DNA of 46,660 nucleotides. Origin: Escherichia phage aalborv. The number at the start of each line of letters is the position of its first letter. Position 1 is the stretch's first letter. Shown one piece after another: positions 19,449-28,122 of this stretch. The DNA is taken from sequence record NC_049829.1; one strand, written 5' to 3'. Both the position numbers and the translations under genes were made by a program. The notes below the pieces were generated by a model. That model was given only the letters and a program-made list of their open reading frames with translations, was not told the origin of the DNA and made no database searches.

Positions 19449-20071
19449 TGAATGCATCATTTCAAGTGCTTTTTGCTCCATGATTCGCAAGTCGTTTAGC
19501 GCCATCTCGCGATCCTCAACCTTGTAAATCTCAAAAAGCATAGGCAAGACATTATAATCAAATCCGTAAGCGCCACCGCCAGAACACCTCCATTGCGTTT
19601 GCATTGCGCAAAATATATCCCATGATTGCATCATGCTTTCATCAAATATAACCTCTGGCGGATCTTCTCCTTCATAGTCTGCCCTTGTAAGGCCAACGGC
19701 CTCAAGTTCTGCATCTGTCGGCGGTTTCTGATAAAACAGGTAAACCGCCCTTTTTAGTTTTTTACTCGCTGCCCCGCAAGCGCTTTCATGTATGCGCTAG
19801 TTAATCCGATTGCTGTTGCTGGGTAGTAATCAAGAAGCTGTTTAATATTTTCTTCGTTAAATTCATCATCAAGATTCCAACCGGAAGCAAGGAAGGTGAT
19901 CATTTCAACATCGCTCATTGGAGTATCTGACGTGTAGCGCTCGTGAATCTCACTTGTTTTGCGGTGGCGAACTGTGAAGATAATTGTTTGATCTTCTCCG
20001 TTAGGCATTGCAAATTTCACTGGCAATTTAAAGTCAGGAAGCGGCCCAATCGTCAATTTCATTTTTGACAT
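19443..20071 (-). CDS. tail assembly chaperone fusion (G-T-like) produced by programmed -1 ribosomal frameshift
   Basis: -1 frame is open from the slippery site (19757..19763) to stop at 19443 and matches track ORF 19443..19634; stem-loop 19720..19750 lies 6 nt downstream of the heptamer. Confidence 0.65.
19754..20071 (-). CDS. tail assembly chaperone (lambda G-like)
   Basis: 105 aa; ends with slippery heptamer A_AAA_AAC immediately before stop; AAGGAG SD. Confidence 0.7.
   Translation of the reverse strand: MSKMKLTIGPLPDFKLPVKFAMPNGEDQTIIFTVRHRKTSEIHERYTSDTPMSDVEMITFLASGWNLDDEFNEENIKQLLDYYPATAIGLTSAYMKALAGQRVKN
19757..19763 (-). other. -1 programmed ribosomal frameshift slippery heptamer A_AAA_AAC
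   Basis: Heptamer occupies the last sense codons of the G-like ORF; downstream 8-bp stem GGCGGTTT..AAACCGCC at 19720..19750. Confidence 0.65.
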
Positions 20072-20083
20072 TTCTTTCTCCTT

Positions 20084-20134
20084 GATAGCACTTTTTGTTA
20101 AAAGAATTGATTATGAATCGTGTAGCATGATTGT
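20084..20134 (+). promoter_or_regulatory. motif copy (GATAGCACTTTTTGTTAAAA) in antisense orientation within late operon, TAGCAT 22 bp downstream
   Basis: Motif 20084..20103 on plus strand between minus-strand major tail and G genes; -10-like 20123..20128. Confidence 0.4.
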
Positions 20135-20142
20135 ACAGTAAC

Positions 20143-20170
20143 AAAAAAAGGGGCGCAACGCCCCTTGTTA
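20143..20170 (-). terminator. intrinsic terminator after major tail gene
   Basis: Stem AGGGGCG..CGCCCCT followed by 7 T on minus strand. Confidence 0.65.
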
Positions 20171-20833
20171 TTATGCTACTTGAGAAGGTAGGAAGGTGAA
20201 TCGACCTTTCAGGGTTACAGACAGGGAAACAGTTTCCATTTCGTTAACGGTCGTTTGTGGGATCTCGTTAAACGAAAGGACACCAGCCCAGCAACGCATC
20301 TCTTTCGCTTTCGGTACATACATGCGAAGCGCGGTCACTTTGCATGATTCATCTGCTGAACGCAATAGCGGATAGATCGCGTTATCGTATTCGTGCGCAA
20401 AAGTGTAAGTAAGAGAAACAGCGCTCTTATAGGTAGGTAACTGCTGTTCCTGGTCGTCTGCCAAACACTGATAAGTATAGTATTGCTGTTCGCCGCCGTC
20501 CTGCGACAAATCCTGAACCCAAGGGATCTCAGTCCATGCATTAATCCTGGCAAAAGATGCAGTGCCGCCAGTCGGGAACACGTTCTGTTCGGTAGTATCA
20601 ACACCCTCAAGAGTTACGCTTGTTTCTTCACCGTCAGCCTTTACACGCATAACACGATCAATCAGCTTACCCCAAGAGGACGCAGTTATGATCACATAAT
20701 CACCTTTCTTGTACTCAGTGCCACCAGATGCAACGGTGAATACAGGATCTTTATCGTTTGATACTGCCGTTGCTTTGATTTCGCTGCCACGATTGCTCTC
20801 AACGAAAATTTGCGATCCATTTGGTAAATGCAT
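20171..20833 (-). CDS. major tail protein (by synteny)
   Basis: 220 aa ORF immediately upstream of G/GT and tape measure; strong terminator follows (20143..20170). Confidence 0.55.
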   Translation of the reverse strand: MHLPNGSQIFVESNRGSEIKATAVSNDKDPVFTVASGGTEYKKGDYVIITASSWGKLIDRVMRVKADGEETSVTLEGVDTTEQNVFPTGGTASFARINAWTEIPWVQDLSQDGGEQQYYTYQCLADDQEQQLPTYKSAVSLTYTFAHEYDNAIYPLLRSADESCKVTALRMYVPKAKEMRCWAGVLSFNEIPQTTVNEMETVSLSVTLKGRFTFLPSQVA

Positions 20834-20838
20834 AATTT

Positions 20839-21237
20839 TTACTCCTTTGTTTCAATTCGAACATAAAATCTTATTGGGAGAAGCCAGCCGCTTTCACTCT
20901 TGAGCGGCTTGTGAACTCTTGCACCCTCATATATATAACCATGCTCCAACATTTTACCATCGTAAAAGAATTGCGCAATCTCTTTAGCGAGCACGCGCGG
21001 CCTGTCAGTTCCGTAACCTGGTGGAAACACAATGCCAACCTGAATCATTCCGATATATGAAACGCATTTTCGATCCAATGACAAGTATTCTGTGTCAACT
21101 TCGGCATAGTCAAACTTCAACCACGGCGAACCGTCACCAGGTGGCGTAAACTCTACGTTTTCATAAGCGATCATGAATCTTCTCTCGTATTCAGTCGCCA
21201 GCGCCTTACGCGCCGATAGCATTAATTCATAGTGCAT
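20839..21237 (-). CDS. tail terminator-like protein (by synteny)
   Basis: 132 aa ORF between tail completion-like gene and major tail gene. Confidence 0.4.
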   Translation of the reverse strand: MHYELMLSARKALATEYERRFMIAYENVEFTPPGDGSPWLKFDYAEVDTEYLSLDRKCVSYIGMIQVGIVFPPGYGTDRPRVLAKEIAQFFYDGKMLEHGYIYEGARVHKPLKSESGWLLPIRFYVRIETKE

Positions 21238-21670
21238 TTTTTGCCCTCGACTCTTTTATTGCCTCAGCCATATAAGATCTCAACTTAACCGCTACAATCC
21301 CAAGCACACCCGCTGGCGCTTGTTTTGAATGACCGTATTCAAGCGCGTTAGCGTAAATAAGCATATTTGAAAAATAAATGGCCCTTACCGCTCCGCCACC
21401 TCTCAATATTGCGTATATAGCTCGCTTACCTTCCGCGATCGTTTTGTCGCCGTGCTTATCGTACTGGTTAAGCGCATACAATGGCGGCTTATTTGCTGTT
21501 ACCTGCCAGTTTCCACGGTAACGACCAGTATCTACCGGAGAACGCTTAACCAAATCTGTGTGTACTTTTTCGGCGAACAACTCCACGCAATCTTTCAGGC
21601 CATTATCAACGGCGTTTATCCACGCATCAATGTTGCCGTGAAATTCCCTTATCGTGTAGTTTTTAGCCAT
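21227..21670 (-). CDS. tail completion / head-tail joining protein (HK97 gp10-like, by synteny)
   Basis: 147 aa; position in head-tail joining block. Confidence 0.4.
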   Translation of the reverse strand: MAKNYTIREFHGNIDAWINAVDNGLKDCVELFAEKVHTDLVKRSPVDTGRYRGNWQVTANKPPLYALNQYDKHGDKTIAEGKRAIYAILRGGGAVRAIYFSNMLIYANALEYGHSKQAPAGVLGIVAVKLRSYMAEAIKESRAKNAL

Positions 21671-22034
21671 GTACAGAAATCCTTCTCAAAATAGGCCGAT
21701 AAGCAACTGTGACATTGGTTTGTCTGATTGGTCTTGCTTCAACTACAACATATAATTCACCATCAACATCAATATGATACCCGTTCTTAATTTCAACTTT
21801 ATTGTTAAAAACTCCCAACTTATCGGTTGCTCGTATTGTCTCGCCGTCAACCTCGCGTAATTTTGGGGATCGAATTAAACCTTTAATCATTACGCCAATC
21901 TCTGGCTTTTCTACTTCTTCACCTCCGATGATTTCAACGCTTCCACGCTGCGTTATGCACTTAAACTCACCGTTGCTATCACTAAAGAAGTTAATTCCTT
22001 CGGTTGCCATTCTTGCGATCTCGTTATAGTTCAT
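21663..22034 (-). CDS. head-tail joining protein (by synteny)
   Basis: 123 aa ORF in head-tail joining block. Confidence 0.4.
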   Translation of the reverse strand: MNYNEIARMATEGINFFSDSNGEFKCITQRGSVEIIGGEEVEKPEIGVMIKGLIRSPKLREVDGETIRATDKLGVFNNKVEIKNGYHIDVDGELYVVVEARPIRQTNVTVAYRPILRRISVHG

Positions 22035-22447
22035 TTGCAGCGCCTCCGAAATCCAGTCACAAGGCCAAATCCACCGCCTTTCTTACGATTTAGCGTTTCG
22101 TACATTTTCCCCCATGGAGTTTGTCTAATCTCTTTTCCGCCAGAGTAGCCTGACACTCGATCAAAAGTCTGGCTAAATTCACCAGTCAGGGAAAATGATG
22201 CAACTCGCCGCGAGTAACTCTCTACGCTTTCCCCCTCTTGCTTCATTGCTCCGTCAAGCGTCATAAGGTGCAACGTATAAAGAGCAACCGCTTTAGGATA
22301 TGATTCTTTAAACCGCTTCTTGCAAACAAATTCCTTTGCAAGCTCAATCCATGCCACCATTAAATCTGGATCAATCTGCTTCATCGGTGGCGCTAATTTC
22401 ACGATTTGCTGCGTGATTTCTGCTTCAGTGAAAAGTTCATCAACCAT
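22031..22447 (-). CDS. head-tail connector / adaptor protein (by synteny)
   Basis: 138 aa ORF downstream of capsid gene; GGAGG SD. Confidence 0.4.
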   Translation of the reverse strand: MVDELFTEAEITQQIVKLAPPMKQIDPDLMVAWIELAKEFVCKKRFKESYPKAVALYTLHLMTLDGAMKQEGESVESYSRRVASFSLTGEFSQTFDRVSGYSGGKEIRQTPWGKMYETLNRKKGGGFGLVTGFRRRCK

Positions 22448-22464
22448 TGTGTTTCCTCCAGATA

Positions 22465-22495
22465 TGACAAAGGGCGCTTATAGCGCCCTCTTTAT
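22465..22495 (-). terminator. hairpin after 22495..22767 (weak terminator)
   Basis: Stem AGGGCGC..GCGCCCT followed by TTTGTCAT. Confidence 0.4.
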
Positions 22496-22767
22496 TAATA
22501 GATGCCGCCGTCTTCAAGTTCGGCTTTGCTCTTGCCCTCTCGCGGGTCTTTTTTACGTTTGCTTGCTGCGCTCTGTTTGATTTCTTCGTTCAATGCGGAG
22601 TTGTCTTTAACCTCCAGATCGCCTTTTGCAATTAGATATTCAAACGCGCTTGTTTTCAATTTTGATTCTTCTACGTCAAACTCTTTGCCTGGATGATAAT
22701 GCTCACCATCAACAATGATAAGGCACACGCCGGAAACCTTTAGCGTTACAGTTTTTTCTTTAGCCAT
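22495..22767 (-). CDS. hypothetical protein (90 aa) downstream of major capsid gene
   Basis: ORF track; GGAGG SD after terminator 22782..22812. Confidence 0.45.
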   Translation of the reverse strand: MAKEKTVTLKVSGVCLIIVDGEHYHPGKEFDVEESKLKTSAFEYLIAKGDLEVKDNSALNEEIKQSAASKRKKDPREGKSKAELEDGGIY

Positions 22768-22781
22768 TTCATAACCTCCAA

Positions 22782-22812
22782 TAAAAAAAGGGAATCCAGT
22801 TAAGGATTCCCC
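22782..22812 (-). terminator. intrinsic terminator after major capsid gene
   Basis: 8-bp stem GGGAATCC..GGATTCCC followed by 7 T on minus strand. Confidence 0.7.
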
Positions 22813-22824
22813 AATGTTATACGA

Positions 22825-23799
22825 TTAACTTGATTTTTTCAAGCCAGTAATAAGCACTAGCGTAAACGGACGGTAAATCGTCAGGCCAGTACATTTTGAA
22901 GTACACGGAACTTTGAAATGCAGATCTTTTGGTTGTGCCGGAAGCATGTTAAATGCTTCTGGAATTTCGATCGACATGTTCATCGGGTCTTTCTCATATA
23001 CCAGGCAACCTTTCGTTCCAGTGCCATCAATATCCTCAAGCTCTGCGATTGAGTCGATGTTGATTCCGCTGTTTTGTTTCTGGAAGTATTCCAGATAACT
23101 TTCAGAGGTGTTTTCCATTCGAACGGAAAGAACCTTGCGCATAGACGGCGGAATCAAGATATTGGTTGCACGGTGCTGACCATTGGTGATGGTCTGAATG
23201 GTTTCAATAGCCTTTTCCAGTTCAGCATATGCTGCCTGCGGGAACTTAGTGTCTTCATTAGCACTTAACCAGCCAGCTGACACGATCTTTGCCAGGTTAG
23301 GGTGTTCAAACACCGAAAGAATCTTATGCGGCTTTGAACCCTTAAACACCAGGCGGTTAACTTCCTGATCATGAGCGTTTTGCGCTGCGTTTGCCTTGCG
23401 AGTGGAAAGGCTCTTACCAGTGCGCTGACCAGCCTTGATTTCGTCAATGGAGATCAAGAACGCGTTACCCAGGCGGAATACTTTACCGAATTCGCTAGAC
23501 ATCATCGCGTCAACGGTCGGCAGGTCGTCGGTGTAATCAGCGATAATTTTTGCGTAACCGACTTTGTCAAACATCTGATATTCAAAAGTCTTATCAGTAT
23601 CAGAAAGCTCATTAGTTACAGGGAATACACGAAGCGCTGAACCTGCCGGATATTCTTTCTCGTAAGCATTAGAGCGAATCTTATGCAGTTCTTGAGCGGC
23701 CCAAATGCCCATATCGGACGTATCACCTTTAACGCCGCGAGTAGCCAGATAGCTAGAAACAATGTCCGCATCTAGCTGATCAAATTTTTCTTTTTCCAT
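22825..23799 (-). CDS. major capsid protein (by size and synteny)
   Basis: 324 aa; GGAGG SD; followed by strong intrinsic terminator, typical of highly expressed capsid gene. Confidence 0.65.
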   Translation of the reverse strand: MEKEKFDQLDADIVSSYLATRGVKGDTSDMGIWAAQELHKIRSNAYEKEYPAGSALRVFPVTNELSDTDKTFEYQMFDKVGYAKIIADYTDDLPTVDAMMSSEFGKVFRLGNAFLISIDEIKAGQRTGKSLSTRKANAAQNAHDQEVNRLVFKGSKPHKILSVFEHPNLAKIVSAGWLSANEDTKFPQAAYAELEKAIETIQTITNGQHRATNILIPPSMRKVLSVRMENTSESYLEYFQKQNSGINIDSIAELEDIDGTGTKGCLVYEKDPMNMSIEIPEAFNMLPAQPKDLHFKVPCTSKCTGLTIYRPFTLVLITGLKKSS

Positions 23800-23844
23800 T
23801 TTCTTCCTCCATATATAAAGGTCGTTAGTATGTAACGGACCAAT

Positions 23845-23863
23845 GATAGCATTTTTTGTTAAA
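23845..23863 (+). promoter_or_regulatory. motif copy (GATAGCATTTTTTGTTAAA) in antisense orientation upstream of capsid gene
   Basis: On plus strand between minus-strand genes; no -10 at the usual spacing. Confidence 0.35.
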
Positions 23864-23882
23864 CGTGCAACATAATTTTGTG

Positions 23883-24317
23883 TTATGGGTCAATGCTTAC
23901 CCCGACAATATATGAATCATTATCAACCTTTACATGTTCGCCAGTAAAGATCCAACCAATCAGCAAGTCGCCTTCACTGTATGCCACATCTCCATCTTGC
24001 GTTACAAATACTTTATCTCCATATTCTGGCGCTTCGCTCTCAGAAGTTAAGCACCAAACATTACCTCGACTAACCACATTAACTGGATCGCCCTCCTCAT
24101 ATATGTACGAGTCCGGCGGCCTTACTGCCACGCCAATAACGAGATCCCCATTAACACTTGCTATTTTGTATCCATTTGTTATATGTGATAGTCGCACAAT
24201 CTTACCTGGCGCAATAAATTCATCTCCGCACACGAAAGATCCGTTAATCACCATTATTGAAGAATCAACCATGCACCCTGGCGACTCAGCGCCAACAATG
24301 ACTGAATAATCACTCAT
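23883..24317 (-). CDS. capsid-associated protein, decoration-like candidate (paralog 2)
   Basis: 144 aa; C-terminal half similar to 24363..24875 (G.VW.L.....AP..G..........G). Confidence 0.4.
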   Translation of the reverse strand: MSDYSVIVGAESPGCMVDSSIMVINGSFVCGDEFIAPGKIVRLSHITNGYKIASVNGDLVIGVAVRPPDSYIYEEGDPVNVVSRGNVWCLTSESEAPEYGDKVFVTQDGDVAYSEGDLLIGWIFTGEHVKVDNDSYIVGVSIDP

Positions 24318-24330
24318 GAGAACTCCAAAT

Positions 24331-24356
24331 ATAAAAAAGGCGCTCAGTGAGCGCCA
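24331..24356 (-). terminator. intrinsic terminator between the two decoration-like genes
   Basis: Stem GGCGCTC..GAGCGCC followed by TTTTTT on minus strand. Confidence 0.6.
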
Positions 24357-24362
24357 TATTTA

Positions 24363-24875
24363 TTAACCTGCTGAAGCTGCCGGAATTTTTTGCACCTGAA
24401 CCTCTACCAGCTTCAAGTCTTGAAACTTGGTGAAATCACCAGTCGCGATCCAGTTTGTTTCGATAGTGCCAGACGAGGTATCGACCTGACCATCATCAGA
24501 CAGTTTGATTGCAGTGCCGAAAGCTGGCGCGGAAGCGTCTTTAGCCAACATCCAAACACGCCCTTCAGTCATTACGTTGATTCCGCCGCCAGATTCATAA
24601 ATCATTCGACCGTCAGACGAAGTTGTCTGAAAGTGAGATCGAATTGCAACGCCGTAAGCCTTGCCGCTTGCCGCCATCGGCTTAATTAGCTTATTGCCCA
24701 TAGCGTCAACGCCGCCATGCTGGACCGCAACACCAACAAAAACAGACTGATTCTGATTGTCTGCTGCATTCTCAAGAACACAAGCGCCATCAATATTATA
24801 AGCTGAAGTGTCAGAAACCTGACCAGGTAACGCACGAGACATTACAGCAAAGTAGCTTGCTCCAATTGTAGCCAT
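24363..24875 (-). CDS. capsid-associated protein, decoration-like candidate (paralog 1)
   Basis: 170 aa; between scaffold-like and capsid genes; paralogous to 23883..24317. Confidence 0.4.
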   Translation of the reverse strand: MATIGASYFAVMSRALPGQVSDTSAYNIDGACVLENAADNQNQSVFVGVAVQHGGVDAMGNKLIKPMAASGKAYGVAIRSHFQTTSSDGRMIYESGGGINVMTEGRVWMLAKDASAPAFGTAIKLSDDGQVDTSSGTIETNWIATGDFTKFQDLKLVEVQVQKIPAASAG

Positions 24876-24887
24876 GTTTATTTCTCC

Positions 24888-26000
24888 TTATTTAAGTTTT
24901 TTCAAACGCGCAGTAGGATCAAGGGAGTCGGTTTTTTCACCCTTGCCAGATTCGAAAGAATCGCCCTTAACAGATTTACGCTGCGCCGCCATTTTATCAG
25001 ACTGCTTCGCAAGGTCAAAAGCCGTTTCAATATATGCATCGGCTTTTTCTGAAATATCCGCGCCAGTAACTTCTTTGACGTAAGCAACCTTGATCGCTTT
25101 AGCGTCCAAGCCGTCACACTTGATGCCAATTTCAGTTGCATCTGCAACCAGCTTGGCGTGTTCTTCTGCGTCAGTCTTTGCCTTCTTAACAGCTTCTGCA
25201 ATCTGCGCCGGAATGCCATCGACTTTAGTTTTCATGGCGTCGCGCTCGGCCTCAAGGCCATCAGCTTTTTCGGTTGCAGCTTTTGCATCTGCCTTTAACG
25301 CCTCAATATGATCAGCAACGGCCTTTGGAACATCAAATTCTACCGCGCCATCAAGTTTAATTTTTACTGTCATTTCCTCATCTCCTTTGTCATTTAGAAC
25401 CTCGTCACTATACGGAAAATCTTGTTCACTATCAAGATTTAATTTGGCAATGCCAGCACGACCACGAAAGACAAGCGCAATGTGGTTGACACGAATATTC
25501 GTCTGAATGGCGTCAAATTTGACCCAATCAGGAGAATCAGGCTTCCAGTCTTCTTTAAGGTCTTCATCAAATAAGTAATCACCAGTTTTATTGTTGCCCC
25601 ATCCTGGTTTATCAATATCAATTGATGTGTAACCAACTGAAATTTCAGCCGTATCTTTCTTTTTTGCGCTCTCAATTGCTCGCTTTGAGTAAATGCTTAA
25701 CGGAACTTCAACGCCAATTCCATTAGGAACACCAGCGCCAGCGCATGAACCAACAACAACCTGATCCGCATTATCTGGCGTCACTGTGACGTGACCGATA
25801 GTGATCGGCTTGCCTGCGAACGTGGCAAGGGAATCAGCTTTGAACACCTCTGACGCTGGTCTGAACTCTCGTCTGATTCCATACGGCGTGTGATACTCCT
25901 GCAAGCCAATTCGCGCCACAATTGGGCGATCCACTAAAAAGCCATTATCATCAAAATGCGCCTTAACCTGAACGCTATCAAATCTTTGTTTTGCCTTCAT
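24888..26000 (-). CDS. prohead protease / scaffolding-like protein
   Basis: 370 aa; globular N-terminal domain followed by long Ala/Lys/Glu/Asp-rich coiled-coil-like tail; position between head morphogenesis and capsid genes. Confidence 0.45.
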   Translation of the reverse strand: MKAKQRFDSVQVKAHFDDNGFLVDRPIVARIGLQEYHTPYGIRREFRPASEVFKADSLATFAGKPITIGHVTVTPDNADQVVVGSCAGAGVPNGIGVEVPLSIYSKRAIESAKKKDTAEISVGYTSIDIDKPGWGNNKTGDYLFDEDLKEDWKPDSPDWVKFDAIQTNIRVNHIALVFRGRAGIAKLNLDSEQDFPYSDEVLNDKGDEEMTVKIKLDGAVEFDVPKAVADHIEALKADAKAATEKADGLEAERDAMKTKVDGIPAQIAEAVKKAKTDAEEHAKLVADATEIGIKCDGLDAKAIKVAYVKEVTGADISEKADAYIETAFDLAKQSDKMAAQRKSVKGDSFESGKGEKTDSLDPTARLKKLK

Positions 26001-26003
26001 TAA

Positions 26004-26768
26004 TTACTCTCCTTTATTATTCCAATCTGGAATCGCCCAGCAACGGCAACCCCACGGCTCACCAGGGAAATCATGAATTGCATCAAGCGCTATTCTTTTA
26101 CCTTCCCATAACACATGCTGCAATCGCTCTCTATCATCTAACATTCCATGCCAGAAATAATGAGTTACCTTAGCATCGTAAAGGCGCTGGCGCATCAGGC
26201 GACTATTCCACGCGCCGATAATGTTTTCTGATCTTGTTTTGCCCCAAGAGCTATAAACAGCAAATCTCTTTTCTGCAAGATCATTAACCTGTTTATCATT
26301 GCTTCCGCGAAAGTTTGCATTGCGAATGTTTGTTGACCAGTCAGACACAATATTTGTGAACAACTTCCTTAGCGATGATTCTGTAAGCCCGTGCCATTGA
26401 CCGTAGAGCGTCTGATACCAATCCTCGTTAGCGTTAGCGCCAACCGCGATCAAAACAATTACCGCCGTATTATCCTTTCCGCCAGTTGACTTGGCAACAT
26501 TGATAAACTGCTTCGCATTGAATTTATAAATGGTCAACGCGATTGCAGGAAGAGTTGAAACAATGCCAGCTATAAGGTCAGTTGCCAGGCTGTTAATTTC
26601 ATCTTCTGCGCTGTTGATCTCATTATCTGTTGCGTCAAACTTCATCGCTTTTGTTCGCTTGCGCATGAGAATTACAAGATCTCTAATTGCCTCCTGAATT
26701 GAGCGGCTAAGTTGCCGCTCGCTTGCTTCAGGAAAGCGCCATTGTTTAACGACGCCATTCACTTTCAT
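26004..26768 (-). CDS. head morphogenesis / minor head protein (Mu F-like)
   Basis: 254 aa immediately downstream of portal with overlapping stop/start; Cys/Trp-containing C-terminal region. Confidence 0.55.
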   Translation of the reverse strand: MKVNGVVKQWRFPEASERQLSRSIQEAIRDLVILMRKRTKAMKFDATDNEINSAEDEINSLATDLIAGIVSTLPAIALTIYKFNAKQFINVAKSTGGKDNTAVIVLIAVGANANEDWYQTLYGQWHGLTESSLRKLFTNIVSDWSTNIRNANFRGSNDKQVNDLAEKRFAVYSSWGKTRSENIIGAWNSRLMRQRLYDAKVTHYFWHGMLDDRERLQHVLWEGKRIALDAIHDFPGEPWGCRCWAIPDWNNKGE

Positions 26769-28048
26769 TACTCATTCCCCTGTGTGCCTGGCTCCGGCTC
26801 CGCTGGCTCCGGTAGCTTGATTTTATTAGTGTCCTTTAGTTTAACGCTTGTGGCGATTGCTCGCAACGTGTCTCGCGCTTCTTCAACATCAAGGAACTGA
26901 CCATCAATAGCCTTGCTGATTGAGTCGATATTCTTATTCAGAATTTCAGCCTGATCTTTATCGCTAGGCACGCTCAAAGGTGAAAACTCAATGCTCCACT
27001 CCTGCTCACTAATGATGAACGGCAATAGAAATTCAAGGATAGGCTTGTAATCCTCAACGCGTTTTCTTTCAATCAGCTTATAGAATGTTTCAAGCGCCGT
27101 ATTTTGGCTTGCGCTAACGCCGCCAACGTTTTTATTTTTCAGGATGATTTCATGAATACCTGAAAGGGAAACTATGCGATCCATTTTCTTTTCCAGAAAA
27201 GAATCAACGCCGCTAATGTCAGAGTTAAGAATATCATATTCCTCATCCTCAGCATCAATACCAATGGCCTTGCCTACGCCGCCCTCATCGTCAACCTGCG
27301 CAAGCCTCAGACGTGCCGCGCTAACACCTTCCTCATCATCGCACAAGTCAGCGAGTCCTTTAGCCTTCCATACCGCCTGTTGTTTCCTACGCAATAATTG
27401 CGTGGCTAATGTTTCACAATAGTTATAATCAACAATAGCCTCAACAAGTCGCTTGTTGAGAACTGACTCACCCCAGCCATCATTGCTGCGTCGCTTTGCG
27501 TTAGGTATCCGCTCACCGTCGATAATGCAAACTCGCGTGTAGTGTACCTGGTATTCCGGCAAGTCTCCGCCTGGTGTTACAGTGTAAAGCACTGGCTCAC
27601 CATAGCGAACCTTGCGGGGATTAGTTTCGCGCGCTTCAACGCGAATCTGATAGCGATCGTAAACGCGCACATCTTCCAGAATAGCTCCAGGCTTTACAGG
27701 TGATTTGAGCGCTCGCCCATCCTGAACAAGAGCAATGATTGCAGATCCGCCAAACAAACGCGACCAGCAAAGCGCATCAATGATTTTTGCATTCAATCGC
27801 TTCTCATCCCACAAAGAACGGAATGCTGCCTCGTCTGCCACGCCGTCAACAGTAAAGCCAGGGGAAACCATTTCCTCTGGTACTACGTCAATAATCCTTT
27901 TTGCCAGGCCCTCTTTTTCGTAAAAGTCAGCAAGCGTCTTGTATGGCATTGACTGCATGTAGAATGGTTGCTCTGCTCGCGATTTGCAATTCTCGCCTTT
28001 AAAGATCTCGTTGTAGCCGTCAGCCTTAACGATTCGTGATTTACTCAT
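26768..28048 (-). CDS. portal protein
   Basis: 426 aa; immediately downstream of large terminase; GGAGG SD; acidic C-terminus. Confidence 0.8.
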   Translation of the reverse strand: MSKSRIVKADGYNEIFKGENCKSRAEQPFYMQSMPYKTLADFYEKEGLAKRIIDVVPEEMVSPGFTVDGVADEAAFRSLWDEKRLNAKIIDALCWSRLFGGSAIIALVQDGRALKSPVKPGAILEDVRVYDRYQIRVEARETNPRKVRYGEPVLYTVTPGGDLPEYQVHYTRVCIIDGERIPNAKRRSNDGWGESVLNKRLVEAIVDYNYCETLATQLLRRKQQAVWKAKGLADLCDDEEGVSAARLRLAQVDDEGGVGKAIGIDAEDEEYDILNSDISGVDSFLEKKMDRIVSLSGIHEIILKNKNVGGVSASQNTALETFYKLIERKRVEDYKPILEFLLPFIISEQEWSIEFSPLSVPSDKDQAEILNKNIDSISKAIDGQFLDVEEARDTLRAIATSVKLKDTNKIKLPEPAEPEPGTQGNE

Positions 28049-28061
28049 TATCTTTCCTCCA

Positions 28062-28088
28062 ATAAAAAAGGCTGGATTTACCAGCCTT
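28062..28088 (-). terminator. intrinsic terminator between large terminase and portal genes
   Basis: Stem GGCTGG..CCAGCC followed by TTTTTT on minus strand. Confidence 0.6.
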
Positions 28089-28122
28089 TGATTATATATT
28101 GGTTTGTCGATTCGTGCTATTT
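28085..28122 (-). promoter_or_regulatory. truncated motif element (AAATAGCACGAAT) plus TATAAT at terminase-portal junction
   Basis: Large terminase stop TAG lies in AAATAGCAC; TATAAT at 28091..28096; terminator follows. Confidence 0.35.
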
